Under the pieces are notes generated by a model, which made no database searches, was not told the DNA's origin, and was given only the letters and a program-made list of their open reading frames with translations. A stretch of 64,000 nt of DNA from an uncultured Myxococcales bacterium (lineage in GTDB: Bacteria; Myxococcota_A; UBA9042; DTJE01). Below, piece by piece: positions 55,502 to 64,000 of the stretch. The stretch is taken from contig CALJUR010000121.1 of NCBI GenBank assembly GCA_937975765.1, positions 92,296 through 156,295 on the forward strand, in the 5' to 3' direction. Position 1 is the stretch's first letter; each line of letters opens with the position of its first letter. Both the position numbers and the translations under genes were made by a program.

Positions 55502-56128
55502 CTACGGAAGGCCCAGGTCCATCCGGGCCTCTTCCGAGGCCATCGTGCGGGGATCCCACGGCGGGTCCCAGACCAGCTCGACCGAGGCGTCCTCGACGCC
55601 GACCGCCAGCAGCGCGGCCTGCCGGACGGCCTCGACCAGCCAGGGGCCGACCGGGCACATCGGCGACGTCAGCGTCATCCGGATCGAGGCCTGGCGGCCC
55701 GTCCCGTCCAGTTCGATCCCGTAGATCAGCCCCAGTTCGGCCAGCGACAGGCCCATCTCGGGGTCCATCACCTGCCCGACGTGCTCCCGGACGTCCTCGA
55801 CGCGGGCGGGCGCCGCCGGCCGGGACGCGGCGTCGGCCAGCCGCGCGCGGGCCTCGGGAGTGGCCATGGCCTCGGGGAGCCAGGGCGGGTCCTTCACGAA
55901 CTCCAGCCGGCCATCGTCGAAGCGGCCCGCGGACTCGATCGCCGTCCGGATCGCGGCGATCAGCCGCCGGGCGCGCGGCACCTGCGCCACCCGCACCACC
56001 GCGCAGCGGCCGTCCGGGGTCACGTCGGCGTCGAAGACCAGGCCCAGGTCGGTGATCGAGGCGCCGGTCTCGGGGTCGATCACCTGCGACAGCGCCCGGT
56101 ACAGGGCGTCACGGGGACGGGCTTCCAT
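55502..56128 (-). CDS. tandem DUF59 (MIP18/SufT-like) Fe-S assembly protein
   Basis: There are two DUF59 repeats (ALSQVIDPETGASITDLGLV... and VGQVMDPEMGLSLAELGLIY...TLTSPMCP). It sits at the distal end of the suf operon. Confidence 0.75.
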   Translation of the reverse strand: MEARPRDALYRALSQVIDPETGASITDLGLVFDADVTPDGRCAVVRVAQVPRARRLIAAIRTAIESAGRFDDGRLEFVKDPPWLPEAMATPEARARLADAASRPAAPARVEDVREHVGQVMDPEMGLSLAELGLIYGIELDGTGRQASIRMTLTSPMCPVGPWLVEAVRQAALLAVGVEDASVELVWDPPWDPRTMASEEARMDLGLP

Positions 56129-57860
56129 CGGTTGCCTCCGCGGGGCCCCGGGGCTCCAGGGCCTCCTCCAGGGTGGTCCAGGCCAGCAGGGCGCACTTGA
56201 CCCGGACGGGCAGGTCCTTCACCCCCCGCAGGGCGTTCAGGTCGCCCAGGTCCAGGTCGGCCGGCAGCGGCTCGCCGCGGAACATCGCCTTCACGCCGCG
56301 CAGCAGCCGCCGGGCCTCGTCCAGCGTGCGCCCCCGCAGGCGCTCGGCCAGCATCGATCCCGAGGCGACCGAGATCGAGCAGCCGTGCCCGACGACCTGC
56401 AGGCCCTCGATGCGGCCGTCCTCGGTGTGCAGGCGCAGCGTCACCTCGTCGCCGCACAGGGGATTCTTCCCGTGCCACTCGACCGACGGGCCGTCGATCG
56501 GCTCGCGCCCGGCCGGGTGCAGGTAGTGGTCCAGCACGACCTCCCGGAACAGTTCGTCGTCCGGGGCCGCACCGTGCAGGGAGGCGGCGGAAACGGTCGC
56601 TGGCCCGGGCCGCAGGGAAGACGCGGCGGACCGCGGGGCACGGGCACGGGCGACCTCGGACACCGCGTCGGCCAGCGCCTCGACCTCGGCCTCGGTGTTG
56701 TACAGGTAGAACGACGCCCGGGTGGTCGCCGGCACGCCGTACCGCGCCATCAGCGGCTGGGCGCAGTGGTGGCCGGCCCGGACCGCGATGCCCCTCGCGT
56801 CCAGCGCCTGCGCCACGTCGTGAGGGTGGACGCCGTCCAGCACGAAGGTCGCGACGCCGCCGGTCGCGTCCGGGCCGGGCGGGGGCCCCAGCAGGCGCAG
56901 GCCCGGGATGACCGACAGCCGCTGCCGGGCCAGGGTGCCCAGCCTCAGGTCGTGCCCCGCGATGTCCGGCATCCCCGCCGCGCGCAGGTAGTCGATCGCC
57001 GCCCCCAGCGCCACGGCGCCCGCCACGTCCGGCGTTCCCGCCTCGTACCGCCAGGGCGGGTCGGCCCAGGTCGCGTCGGCCAGCGTCACTTCGCGGATCA
57101 TCTCGCCACCGCCCAGGAACGGGTCCATCTCGTCGTAGCGGTCGGGCCGCACCACCAGCACGCCCGTGCCCGTCGCCCCCAGCATCTTGTGGCCCGAGAA
57201 GGCCAGGAAGTCGGCACCCAGGGCGGCCACGTCGACCGGCAGGTGCGGGACCGCCTGCGCGCCGTCGACCAGCACCGCCGCACCCGCGGCGTGGGCCAGC
57301 CGGGCGATGTCCGCGACCGGGTTGATCGTGCCCAGCACGTTCGACACGTGCGTCACGGCGACCAGCCGGGTCCGGGGAGACAGCAGGCCCTGCAGCGCGT
57401 CGAGGTCCAGCCGCCCGTCGTCCGTCACGGGCACGGCCCGCACCCGGGCCCCGGTGCGCCGGGCCAGCAGGTGCCACGGCACCAGGTTCGAGTGGTGCTC
57501 CATCCCGGTGACCAGAACCTCGTCCCCCGCCTGCACGTTGCGGTCGCCCCAGGCCCGGGCGACCAGGTTGATCGCCTCGGTCGCGTTGCGCACGAACACG
57601 ACTCCGGCCGGCGACGGGGCCGACACGAACGCCGCCACCTTCGTCCGGGCGGCCTCGTACTCGCGCGTGGCGTCCTCGGCCAGGCGGTGGATGCCGCGGT
57701 GAACGTTGGCGTTGGCCGTCTCGTAGTACCGGACCAGCGCGTCCAGCACGGCCCGCGGCTTCTGGGAGGTGGCGGCGCTGTCCAGGTACACCAGCGGCTT
57801 CCCGTTCACCGGCCGCGACAGGATCGGGAAGTCGGCCCGGATGCGCTCGACGTCCAGCAC
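56109..57860 (-). CDS. sufS: SufS cysteine desulfurase fused in frame to a SufU/IscU-like domain
   Basis: The N-terminal ~410 aa is group-II cysteine desulfurase (YLDSAATSQKP, SGHKMLGATG, HHC). After about a 35-aa linker comes SufU (EVVLDHYLHP...NPLCGDEVTL...GHGCSISVASG). No stop or credible internal start separates them. The start is a GTG with GAGGGGG upstream. Confidence 0.7.
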   Translation of the reverse strand: MLDVERIRADFPILSRPVNGKPLVYLDSAATSQKPRAVLDALVRYYETANANVHRGIHRLAEDATREYEAARTKVAAFVSAPSPAGVVFVRNATEAINLVARAWGDRNVQAGDEVLVTGMEHHSNLVPWHLLARRTGARVRAVPVTDDGRLDLDALQGLLSPRTRLVAVTHVSNVLGTINPVADIARLAHAAGAAVLVDGAQAVPHLPVDVAALGADFLAFSGHKMLGATGTGVLVVRPDRYDEMDPFLGGGEMIREVTLADATWADPPWRYEAGTPDVAGAVALGAAIDYLRAAGMPDIAGHDLRLGTLARQRLSVIPGLRLLGPPPGPDATGGVATFVLDGVHPHDVAQALDARGIAVRAGHHCAQPLMARYGVPATTRASFYLYNTEAEVEALADAVSEVARARAPRSAASSLRPGPATVSAASLHGAAPDDELFREVVLDHYLHPAGREPIDGPSVEWHGKNPLCGDEVTLRLHTEDGRIEGLQVVGHGCSISVASGSMLAERLRGRTLDEARRLLRGVKAMFRGEPLPADLDLGDLNALRGVKDLPVRVKCALLAWTTLEEALEPRGPAEATDGSPSP

Positions 57861-57870
57861 GGTCGCCCCC

Positions 57871-58179
57871 TCAGTCCACGGTGACCCACACCCGACCGTC
57901 CCGCACCTCGACCGGGTACGTCGCGACCGGCGCGCAGACCGGCATCCGGGTCGGGCGCCCCGTCGCAAGGTCCAGCGCACCGCCGTGGTGCGGGCACTGC
58001 CACTCCGTGTCGCCGATCCGCGTGCCGCCGAGAAGCGGGCGCTCCTCGTGACTGCACAGCCCGGACGTCGCGTACACGTGGTCCCCGACCCGGACCAGCA
58101 GGACCGGTTCGCCCCCGGCCTCCACCTGCACGCCCTCGCCCCCGGGCAGGTCGCCGATCGCCGCGACGTCGCACCGCAT
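57871..58179 (-). CDS. Rieske [2Fe-2S] ferredoxin-like protein
   Basis: The Rieske motifs are CSHEERPL and CPHHGG. Confidence 0.75.
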   Translation of the reverse strand: MRCDVAAIGDLPGGEGVQVEAGGEPVLLVRVGDHVYATSGLCSHEERPLLGGTRIGDTEWQCPHHGGALDLATGRPTRMPVCAPVATYPVEVRDGRVWVTVD

Positions 58180-58189
58180 CCGCCCCTCC

Positions 58190-59407
58190 TCACGCCTCGC
58201 CGGGGGCCCCGCCCTGCCCGGTCCGCGCGGCGGCCAGTTCCGACCGAAGGCGCTCCCGGGCCCGATCCGCCAGTTCGCCGGACGGCAGCCGCGACGCGAC
58301 CGGCTCGACGAAGCCCTCGACCAGCATCGATTCGGCCTGGTCGCGGGACAGCCCGCGGGTGCGCAGGTAGAACAGCGCCTCCTCGTCCACCGGCGCCACG
58401 GCCGCCCCGTGCGTGCACCGGACGTCGTGGTTCAGGATCTCCAGTTCGGGCAGCACGTCCGCCGCCGCCGTCCGGGACAGCAGCAGCGACCGTGCCTCCT
58501 CGTAGGCCTCCGACCGCGCCGCCCCCTCCCGGATGCGCAGCAGCCCCGTGAAGGCAGACCGCCCCCGGCCCAGCGCGATCGCCCGGTAGTCCACCCGGCT
58601 GCCGGTGTCGCCGGCGGCGTGGTCCGCCACGACCCGGAAGTCCGACCGGGCGCGGCCGCCCGCCAGCGCCAGCACCAGCCCCGCCGATCGCGCGCCCGGC
58701 CGCGACAGCACCGGGGCCGCCTCCGCCTTGACCCGGCCCGCCGGCAGCAGCACGTGGGCGTGGGTCAGGGAGGCGTCGCGCCCGACCTCGTAGGCCGAGC
58801 GGGAGAACAGGGACGTCCCCTTCGCGGCGGTCTCGAACCGGGCGTGCAGCAGCGTCGCGCCGTCTCCCAGCACCGCCTCGGTCACCGTGCTGGCGAATCC
58901 CGATCCGAGGTCCGCGTCCTCCAGCACCGTCGCCTCGGCGCCGGCCCCGATCCACAGCAGCGTCCGGCCGCTCGCGACCGTCCCCGCGGGCGCCTCGGGC
59001 CGGGCCTCCAGCCGGATCGGCCCGGCCAGCCGGACGCCTTCCGGCACCCGGATGACGGTCCCGCCCGCGAACGACGCCAGGTTCAGCGCCAGCAGCGGGT
59101 CGCCGTCCCCGGCCAGCCGGCCCAGGTGCTCCTCCAGCAGGCCCCCCGCGGCCGGCAGGGCCTCCCCGAAGGAAAGGGCCGTCACCCCGGCCCGCCGCGC
59201 CTCGTCCGGCAGTTCGACCCGCACCGGCCACGCCGCGCCCGCCGCCTGCAGGGCCGCCTCGATCCCCCCCGCGGGCAGCAGCGCCGCCGCGTCCGTGAAC
59301 CGGAAGCGGTGCCCCGACCGGTCGGGCAGGGGCATGGAGAGGGCCGCCGCGCGCGCCTGGTCGCGCCGCCGTGCCAGGAACGAAGGTTCGGGGTCGAATC
59401 GGTTCAT
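58190..59407 (-). CDS. sufD: Fe-S cluster assembly protein SufD
   Basis: It has the SufBD C-terminal domain (HAAVAPVDEEALFYLRTRGLSRDQAESMLVEGF). Its 405-aa length is typical of SufD. Confidence 0.85.
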   Translation of the reverse strand: MNRFDPEPSFLARRRDQARAAALSMPLPDRSGHRFRFTDAAALLPAGGIEAALQAAGAAWPVRVELPDEARRAGVTALSFGEALPAAGGLLEEHLGRLAGDGDPLLALNLASFAGGTVIRVPEGVRLAGPIRLEARPEAPAGTVASGRTLLWIGAGAEATVLEDADLGSGFASTVTEAVLGDGATLLHARFETAAKGTSLFSRSAYEVGRDASLTHAHVLLPAGRVKAEAAPVLSRPGARSAGLVLALAGGRARSDFRVVADHAAGDTGSRVDYRAIALGRGRSAFTGLLRIREGAARSEAYEEARSLLLSRTAAADVLPELEILNHDVRCTHGAAVAPVDEEALFYLRTRGLSRDQAESMLVEGFVEPVASRLPSGELADRARERLRSELAAARTGQGGAPGEA

Positions 59408-59416
59408 CGGGTCCCC

Positions 59417-60826
59417 CTATCCGACCGAGCCGGACATCTCCAGCCGGATCAGGCGGTTCAATTCCACCGCGTACTCCATGGGCAGTTCCTTCACGAACGG
59501 TTCGATGAAGCCGTTGACGATGGTCAGCGTCGCCTCCTCCTCCGTCAGCCCGCGGCTGCGCAGGTAGAAGACCTGGTCGTCGCCCACCTTCGAGACCGTG
59601 GCCTCGTGCCCGATCGACGCGTCCTCGCAGGCGATCTCCATCGTCGGATAGGTGTCGGACCGGGACGCCTCGTCCAGCAGCAGCGCATCGCACTTGACGC
59701 TGACCTTCGCCCCGTGTGCGTCCGGGTGCACCTTCACCAGGCCGCGGTACGAGGCCCGGCCCCCGTCCCGGCTGATCGACTTCGAGGTGATCGTGGAGGT
59801 CGTGTCCGGCGCGGCGTGGATCACCTTGGCCCCGGCGTCCTGGTGCTGGCCCGCGCCGGCGAACGCGATGGACAGCACCTCGCCGCGCGCCCGCGGGCCG
59901 ACCAGGTGGATCGCCGGGTACTTCATCGTCAGGCGCGACCCCAGGTTCCCGTCGACCCACTCGACCGTCGCGTCCTCGTGCGCCACGGCCCGCTTGGTGA
60001 CCAGGTTCAGCACGTTCCTCGACCAGTTCTGGATCGTCGTGTACCGGATGCGGGCGCCCTTCATCGCGATCAGTTCGACCACCGCCGCGTGCAGGCTGTC
60101 GGTGCTGTAGGACGGCGCGGTGCAGCCCTCGATGTAGTGCACCGACGAACCCTCGTCCGCCAGGATCAGCGTCCTTTCGAACTGGCCCATGTCGCGCCGG
60201 TTGATGCGGAAGTAGGCCTGCAGCGGGATCTTCACGTGCACGCCCTTCGGCACGTACAGGAAAGTGCCGCCGGACCAGGCCGCCGAGTTCAGCGACGCGA
60301 ACTTGTTGTCGTTCGGGGGGATCACCGTGCCGAAGTACCGGCGGACCAGGTCCGGGTGCTCGCGAAGCCCGGAGTCCATGTCCAGGAAGACCACCCCCTG
60401 CTTCTCGATCTCGTCCTGGATCGAGTGGTAGACGACCTCCGACTCGTACTGCGCCGACACGCCTGCCAGGAACTTCCGCTCGGCCTCGGGGATGCCCAGC
60501 CGCTCGAAGGTGTCCTTGATGCCCTGCGGCACCTCCTCCCAGGTCGTGCCCTGCCGGTCGGCGGGGCGCACGTAGTAGACGATGCGGTCGAAATCGATCC
60601 CGTCCAGGATCTCGCGGTTGCCCCATCGCGGCATCGGCCGCTCCCGGAACATCCGCAGGGCGTCCAGACGAAACTGCAGCATCCAGTCCGGCTCGCCCTT
60701 GATGGCGCTGATCTGCCGGACCACGTCCTCGTCCAGGCCGCGCCGGGTCTGGAACACGCTGCAGTCCTCGTCCGCGAACCCGTACCGGTACTCGCCGACC
60801 AGGTCGTGCGGGTTGCGTGCCTCCAT
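59417..60826 (-). CDS. sufB: Fe-S cluster assembly protein SufB
   Basis: It has the SufB signature [19 protein letters not shown] and C-terminal [13 protein letters not shown]. Confidence 0.9.
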   Translation of the reverse strand: MEARNPHDLVGEYRYGFADEDCSVFQTRRGLDEDVVRQISAIKGEPDWMLQFRLDALRMFRERPMPRWGNREILDGIDFDRIVYYVRPADRQGTTWEEVPQGIKDTFERLGIPEAERKFLAGVSAQYESEVVYHSIQDEIEKQGVVFLDMDSGLREHPDLVRRYFGTVIPPNDNKFASLNSAAWSGGTFLYVPKGVHVKIPLQAYFRINRRDMGQFERTLILADEGSSVHYIEGCTAPSYSTDSLHAAVVELIAMKGARIRYTTIQNWSRNVLNLVTKRAVAHEDATVEWVDGNLGSRLTMKYPAIHLVGPRARGEVLSIAFAGAGQHQDAGAKVIHAAPDTTSTITSKSISRDGGRASYRGLVKVHPDAHGAKVSVKCDALLLDEASRSDTYPTMEIACEDASIGHEATVSKVGDDQVFYLRSRGLTEEEATLTIVNGFIEPFVKELPMEYAVELNRLIRLEMSGSVG

Positions 60827-60839
60827 CGCGAACCTCCCC

Positions 60840-61637
60840 TCAGGCCCCCGCGGGACCGGACGCGGCCGTCCCCGGCGGGGCGTCCAGCCAGTCGTAGCCC
60901 CTCGACTCCAGTTCGCGGGCCAGTTCGGCCCCCCCCGTCCGGACGATCCGCCCGTCCAGGAAGACGTGGACCACGTGCGGGGTGACGTACTGCAGGATCC
61001 GCTGGTAGTGCGTGACCAGCACCACCGACACGCCGGCCTCGATGGACCGCGCGATGCCGCCCGAGACGGTCTTCAGGGCGTCGATGTCCAGGCCCGAGTC
61101 CGTCTCGTCCAGCAGCGCCAGCGTCGGCTCCAGCAGGCGCAACTGCAGCACCTCCAGGCGCTTCTTCTCGCCGCCCGAGAAGCCGTCGTTCAGGTAGCGC
61201 GACGCGAACGCGTCCGGGATTCCCAGGTCGGCGAAGGCCGCCTGCAGGGTGCGCCGGAACTCCCGGGCCGGCACGTCCCGCCCCTTCACGGATCGCAGGG
61301 CGGTCCTCAGGAACGAGGAAACCGGGACGCCCGGGACCGCCACCGGGTACTGGAAGGCCAGGAACAGCCCGGCGCGCGCCCGCTGGGTCACGTCCATTTC
61401 CAGCAGGTTCCGGCCCAGGAACCGCACCTCGCCCCCCTGCACCTCGTAGGCGGGGTGGCCCATCAGCACGTGGGTCAGGGTGCTCTTGCCCGAACCGTTG
61501 CGGCCCATGATCGCGTGGACCTCGCCGGGCCGTACGACCAGGTCCACGCCCTTCAGGATGGTCTTGCCGCCGGTGCCCGCCCACAGGTCGCGGACCTCCA
61601 GGATCGGGGCCGCGCCTTCCGCCGCCTCGCCGCTCAT
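60840..61637 (-). CDS. sufC: Fe-S cluster assembly ATPase SufC
   Basis: Walker A is GRNGSGKST, the ABC signature is FSGGEKKR, Walker B is [12 protein letters not shown]. The conserved C-terminus is present. Confidence 0.9.
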   Translation of the reverse strand: MSGEAAEGAAPILEVRDLWAGTGGKTILKGVDLVVRPGEVHAIMGRNGSGKSTLTHVLMGHPAYEVQGGEVRFLGRNLLEMDVTQRARAGLFLAFQYPVAVPGVPVSSFLRTALRSVKGRDVPAREFRRTLQAAFADLGIPDAFASRYLNDGFSGGEKKRLEVLQLRLLEPTLALLDETDSGLDIDALKTVSGGIARSIEAGVSVVLVTHYQRILQYVTPHVVHVFLDGRIVRTGGAELARELESRGYDWLDAPPGTAASGPAGA

Positions 61638-62116
61638 GCCAGTTCCTCCTTCCAGCGTGCCGGGCCCGGGCGTCCGCCGTGGCCCGGCACGCCCGCCTCG
61701 GGCCGTCCCCGGGCCACCAGATCCTCAAGCGTCACCCCGTCCAGCACCCCCGTGACCGCCTCGGTGACCCTCGCCCATACCTGGTGCAGCCCGCACGTCG
61801 CCGCGAACCCGCACCCAGCCCCGCCCGCCGCCATGCAGGGACCCGTCCTGACCGGCGCGCCGGCCAGCGCGGCCAGCGCCTCGCCCAGCGCGATCGACCC
61901 GGGGTCGCGCGCCAGCGCCACGCCGCCCTGGATGCCCCGGGTGCTGCGGACGATCCCGGCCCGCCGCAGCATCGAGACCAGCTTGGCCGCGTACTCGGGC
62001 GACATCCCCTCGGCGCGTGCCACCTCCGGGATCGTGACCGGGCGGCCGCCCTGCCAGGCGATGGCCAGCCGCATCAGGCATCGCAGTCCGTTCTCCTCGG
62101 TGGCGCTGACCTTCAT
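61634..62116 (-). CDS. Rrf2-family transcriptional regulator (IscR/SufR-like)
   Basis: It has a winged helix (LRCLMRLAI...TIPEVARAEGMSPEYAAKLVSMLRRAGIV). It keeps the three-Cys cluster ligands CMAAGGAGCGFAATC. Its stop overlaps the sufC start. Confidence 0.8.
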   Translation of the reverse strand: MKVSATEENGLRCLMRLAIAWQGGRPVTIPEVARAEGMSPEYAAKLVSMLRRAGIVRSTRGIQGGVALARDPGSIALGEALAALAGAPVRTGPCMAAGGAGCGFAATCGLHQVWARVTEAVTGVLDGVTLEDLVARGRPEAGVPGHGGRPGPARWKEELA

Positions 62117-62244
62117 CGCAACCTCCCGCGGCCGAGTCGGCCTTGCCGAACCAACCTGGATATTCAATACCTTTTTGTCAAGTTTTGGACCAGACGCCGG
62201 TCCACGGGTGCGGCAGGCCCGGAAACGGGGGGGGGGCGCAGGGG
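62117..62244 (-). promoter_or_regulatory. putative suf operon promoter/operator region with an AT-rich patch
   Basis: The only AT-rich stretch in about 10 kb (GGATATTCAATACCTTTTTGTCAAGTTTTGG) lies directly upstream of the Rrf2 regulator gene. On the minus strand it contains a TTGACA -35-like hexamer. Confidence 0.3.
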
Positions 62245-63216
62245 TCAGAAGGGGCGCAGGACGACGCGTCCGGAGGCCTTCAGATCCTTCAGGTACTCGT
62301 CGTACAGGCGCGCGAAGGCGGCCTCGGACAGTTCGTACCGGATGCGGCGCTTCGTCTCCTCGACGTCCGCCAGCGGGACCTGGCGACGCTCGGTCACGCG
62401 CAGGATGTGGAACCCGACCGACGACTGCACGACCGGCGAGATCTCGTTGTCCCGCAGCGCGAACACGGCGGCATCCAGCGAGGCCTGGAGCTTGCCCCGC
62501 GTGAACCAGCCGACATCCCCGCCGCGCGCGGCCGATCCGTCCTGGCCGAACTCCTTCGCCAGTTCCTCGAAGGGCCTCGCGCCGGAGGCGGCCTGGGCCT
62601 GGACCTGCCTCGCATTCCGGACCAGGTCCTGGATCTGCTCGGGGGTCGCGGCGTCGGGCGCGGCGAACAGGATGTGCGACAGGTGCACCTCCTCGGCGGT
62701 GTTCCCGGGGTGCTGCCGGGCGAACTCCTCGTCGACCTCCCGGTCCGTGATCCGGACCTTCGAGCCGACCTTCACCCGCAGCAACTGGGACTTCATCAGT
62801 TCGCGCCGGGCGTGGTCGCGGTAGGCCTTCAGGTCCCCGAACCCCAGCATCTTCACGGCCTGGGCGAAGTCCTCCTCGCTCCAGCCGTTCTGCTCCTTGA
62901 TGCCGGCGACGTGCTTGTCCACGTCCGCGTCCGGCACCTCCAGGTTCAGTTTGCGAGCCTCGGCCAGCACCAGCCTTTCGGCGACCAGGTCGTCCAGGGC
63001 CATCCGCATCACGTCGACACGGGACGCCCCCTCGGGGTCCATCGCCTCGGCCAGGGCGCTGCGGGCCGACCGCGCGCGATCCCGCACCTCGGATAGCGTG
63101 ATCGCCTCCGTGCCGATGCTGGCCACGACGCGGTCGATCTCGCCCGGCGGCTCGGCGGCCCGGGCGATTCCCCCGACCAGGCAGGCGGCGGCCAGCAGCA
63201 CACCGGCGTTCCTCAC
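62245..63216 (-). CDS. SurA/PrsA-like periplasmic chaperone with a parvulin-type PPIase domain
   Basis: It has a signal peptide (VRNAGVLLAAACLVGGIARA) and a parvulin core (EVHLSHILF...GGDVGWF...VGFHILRV). The start is a GTG with GGGAGG 6 nt upstream. Confidence 0.7.
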   Translation of the reverse strand: MRNAGVLLAAACLVGGIARAAEPPGEIDRVVASIGTEAITLSEVRDRARSARSALAEAMDPEGASRVDVMRMALDDLVAERLVLAEARKLNLEVPDADVDKHVAGIKEQNGWSEEDFAQAVKMLGFGDLKAYRDHARRELMKSQLLRVKVGSKVRITDREVDEEFARQHPGNTAEEVHLSHILFAAPDAATPEQIQDLVRNARQVQAQAASGARPFEELAKEFGQDGSAARGGDVGWFTRGKLQASLDAAVFALRDNEISPVVQSSVGFHILRVTERRQVPLADVEETKRRIRYELSEAAFARLYDEYLKDLKASGRVVLRPF

Positions 63217-64000
63217 AGGGCACCTCCCTCGGCGGCCCGGGCCGCCTTCGAGTCCTTGGCCGCCTTGCGATCCGCCTCGGCCCGGACCTGCGCCGCGACC
63301 ACCGCCGCGACGTCCTCGTTCACCTTCGTTCCGTCGCGGCGGGCCAGGTCCGCCAGCAGGGCCTCGCGCAGTCTCGCGCGCTCGGCCTCCAGCAGCCGTT
63401 CCACGATCCGGGGCCGGGCCTGCTCCAGCGTCTCGTCGATCGCGGGGACCTGCCCGCGAAGGAACAGCACGTGGAAGCCGTCCCCGGCCTCGATGGCGCC
63501 GCTGACCTGGAACGGCTCGGACAGCCCGAGGGCAGCCGTCACCACCGCCTCCGGCACGCCGGCCTCCTGGCCCGGCAACCGCGGGAACAGGCCCAGGTCG
63601 CCCCCCGTCCCCTTCGTGACCGGGTCCTCCGAGAGGCGCTGGACGAATCTCTCCCATTCCTGCAGGGGGTTCTTGTCGGTGTCCTCCAGGGTCTTCCGGA
63701 CGCGGAAGGCGATCTTCTCGGCCGTCGCGCGGTCCTTCAGCAGCAGGTGCGCGATGCGCCTGCGGACGGGCGCCTTGAACTCGTGGGGATGCGCCTCGTA
63801 CCAGGCGAGGATCGCCGGCTCAGGGATGTCGGTGGTGCGGACCTTCAGGTCCACGCGGTCCCGCAGGAACCGGTCCACCAGGTCGGCCTTCAGGCGCTCC
63901 AGCACCACGGGGTCCTTCCCGTACCCCTCCGACTCGGCGGCCAGCCCCAGCACGACATACTGCACGTAGGCTTCCAGGAAGTCGCGGCGCCGCTCGGGCG
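63213..64000 (-). CDS. second parvulin-type PPIase / SurA-like protein; the 5' end lies beyond the window
   Basis: The parvulin domain reads RRRIAHLLLKDRATAE...GGDLGLFPRLPGQ. The frame is open to the window edge. Its stop overlaps the start of the previous gene. Confidence 0.6.
   Translation of the reverse strand, partial: PERRRDFLEAYVQYVVLGLAAESEGYGKDPVVLERLKADLVDRFLRDRVDLKVRTTDIPEPAILAWYEAHPHEFKAPVRRRIAHLLLKDRATAEKIAFRVRKTLEDTDKNPLQEWERFVQRLSEDPVTKGTGGDLGLFPRLPGQEAGVPEAVVTAALGLSEPFQVSGAIEAGDGFHVLFLRGQVPAIDETLEQARPRIVERLLEAERARLREALLADLARRDGTKVNEDVAAVVAAQVRAEADRKAAKDSKAARAAEGGAL

Noticed and set aside
56109-60626. The 1505-aa minus-strand ORF covering the whole suf region as a single giant protein
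   Set aside because: Only its 3' part (56109-57860) is coding (SufS-SufU). Above 57860 the frame runs out of phase through the Rieske gene, sufD and sufB, which are each well supported in their own frames.

Overview
The window is a roughly 70% GC bacterial chromosomal segment. The gene content points to Myxococcota: a MYXO-CTERM-like tail, Myxococcus-type cysteine-rich repeats, an MJ0042 zinc-ribbon/AgmX-PglI protein, DUF4388, and many lipoproteins and FHA proteins. Feature coordinates include the stop codon where relevant.

The right half is conserved core. Read on the minus strand it runs tRNA-Thr/Tyr/Gly/Thr, tuf, rpmG, tRNA-Trp, secE, nusG, rplK, rplA, rplJ, rplL, rpoB, rpoC. Beyond that lies a suf Fe-S assembly operon (Rrf2 regulator, sufC, sufB, sufD, a Rieske protein, a SufS-SufU fusion and a tandem-DUF59 protein). 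There is also a nucleoside-salvage operon (PNP, cdd, deaminase), metH, an rRNA-methyltransferase/QueD/PLD cluster, ddl and a hutI-like gene.

The accessory-looking part is about 1-22 kb and 26-36 kb. It holds envelope and signalling genes, and the most unusual items are:
- a four-gene cassette (Lrp/AsnC RAM-domain protein, an orphan EutN/CcmL vertex protein, an ACT-fusion protein, a UPF0210 PFL-like protein) with no microcompartment shell genes nearby;
- a lipoprotein carrying four LDL-receptor class A-like modules;
- a surface agmatine/peptidyl-arginine deiminase-family enzyme with Myxococcus Cys-rich repeats;
- a tandem-domain QueD;
- a DPP3 (M49) lipoprotein with HExxH instead of HExxGH.

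Very long ORFs that lie antisense or out of frame to conserved genes (for example opposite rpoB, rpoC and metH) are treated as high-GC artefacts. All calls come from reading the translated ORFs and nucleotide sequence; no database search was run.
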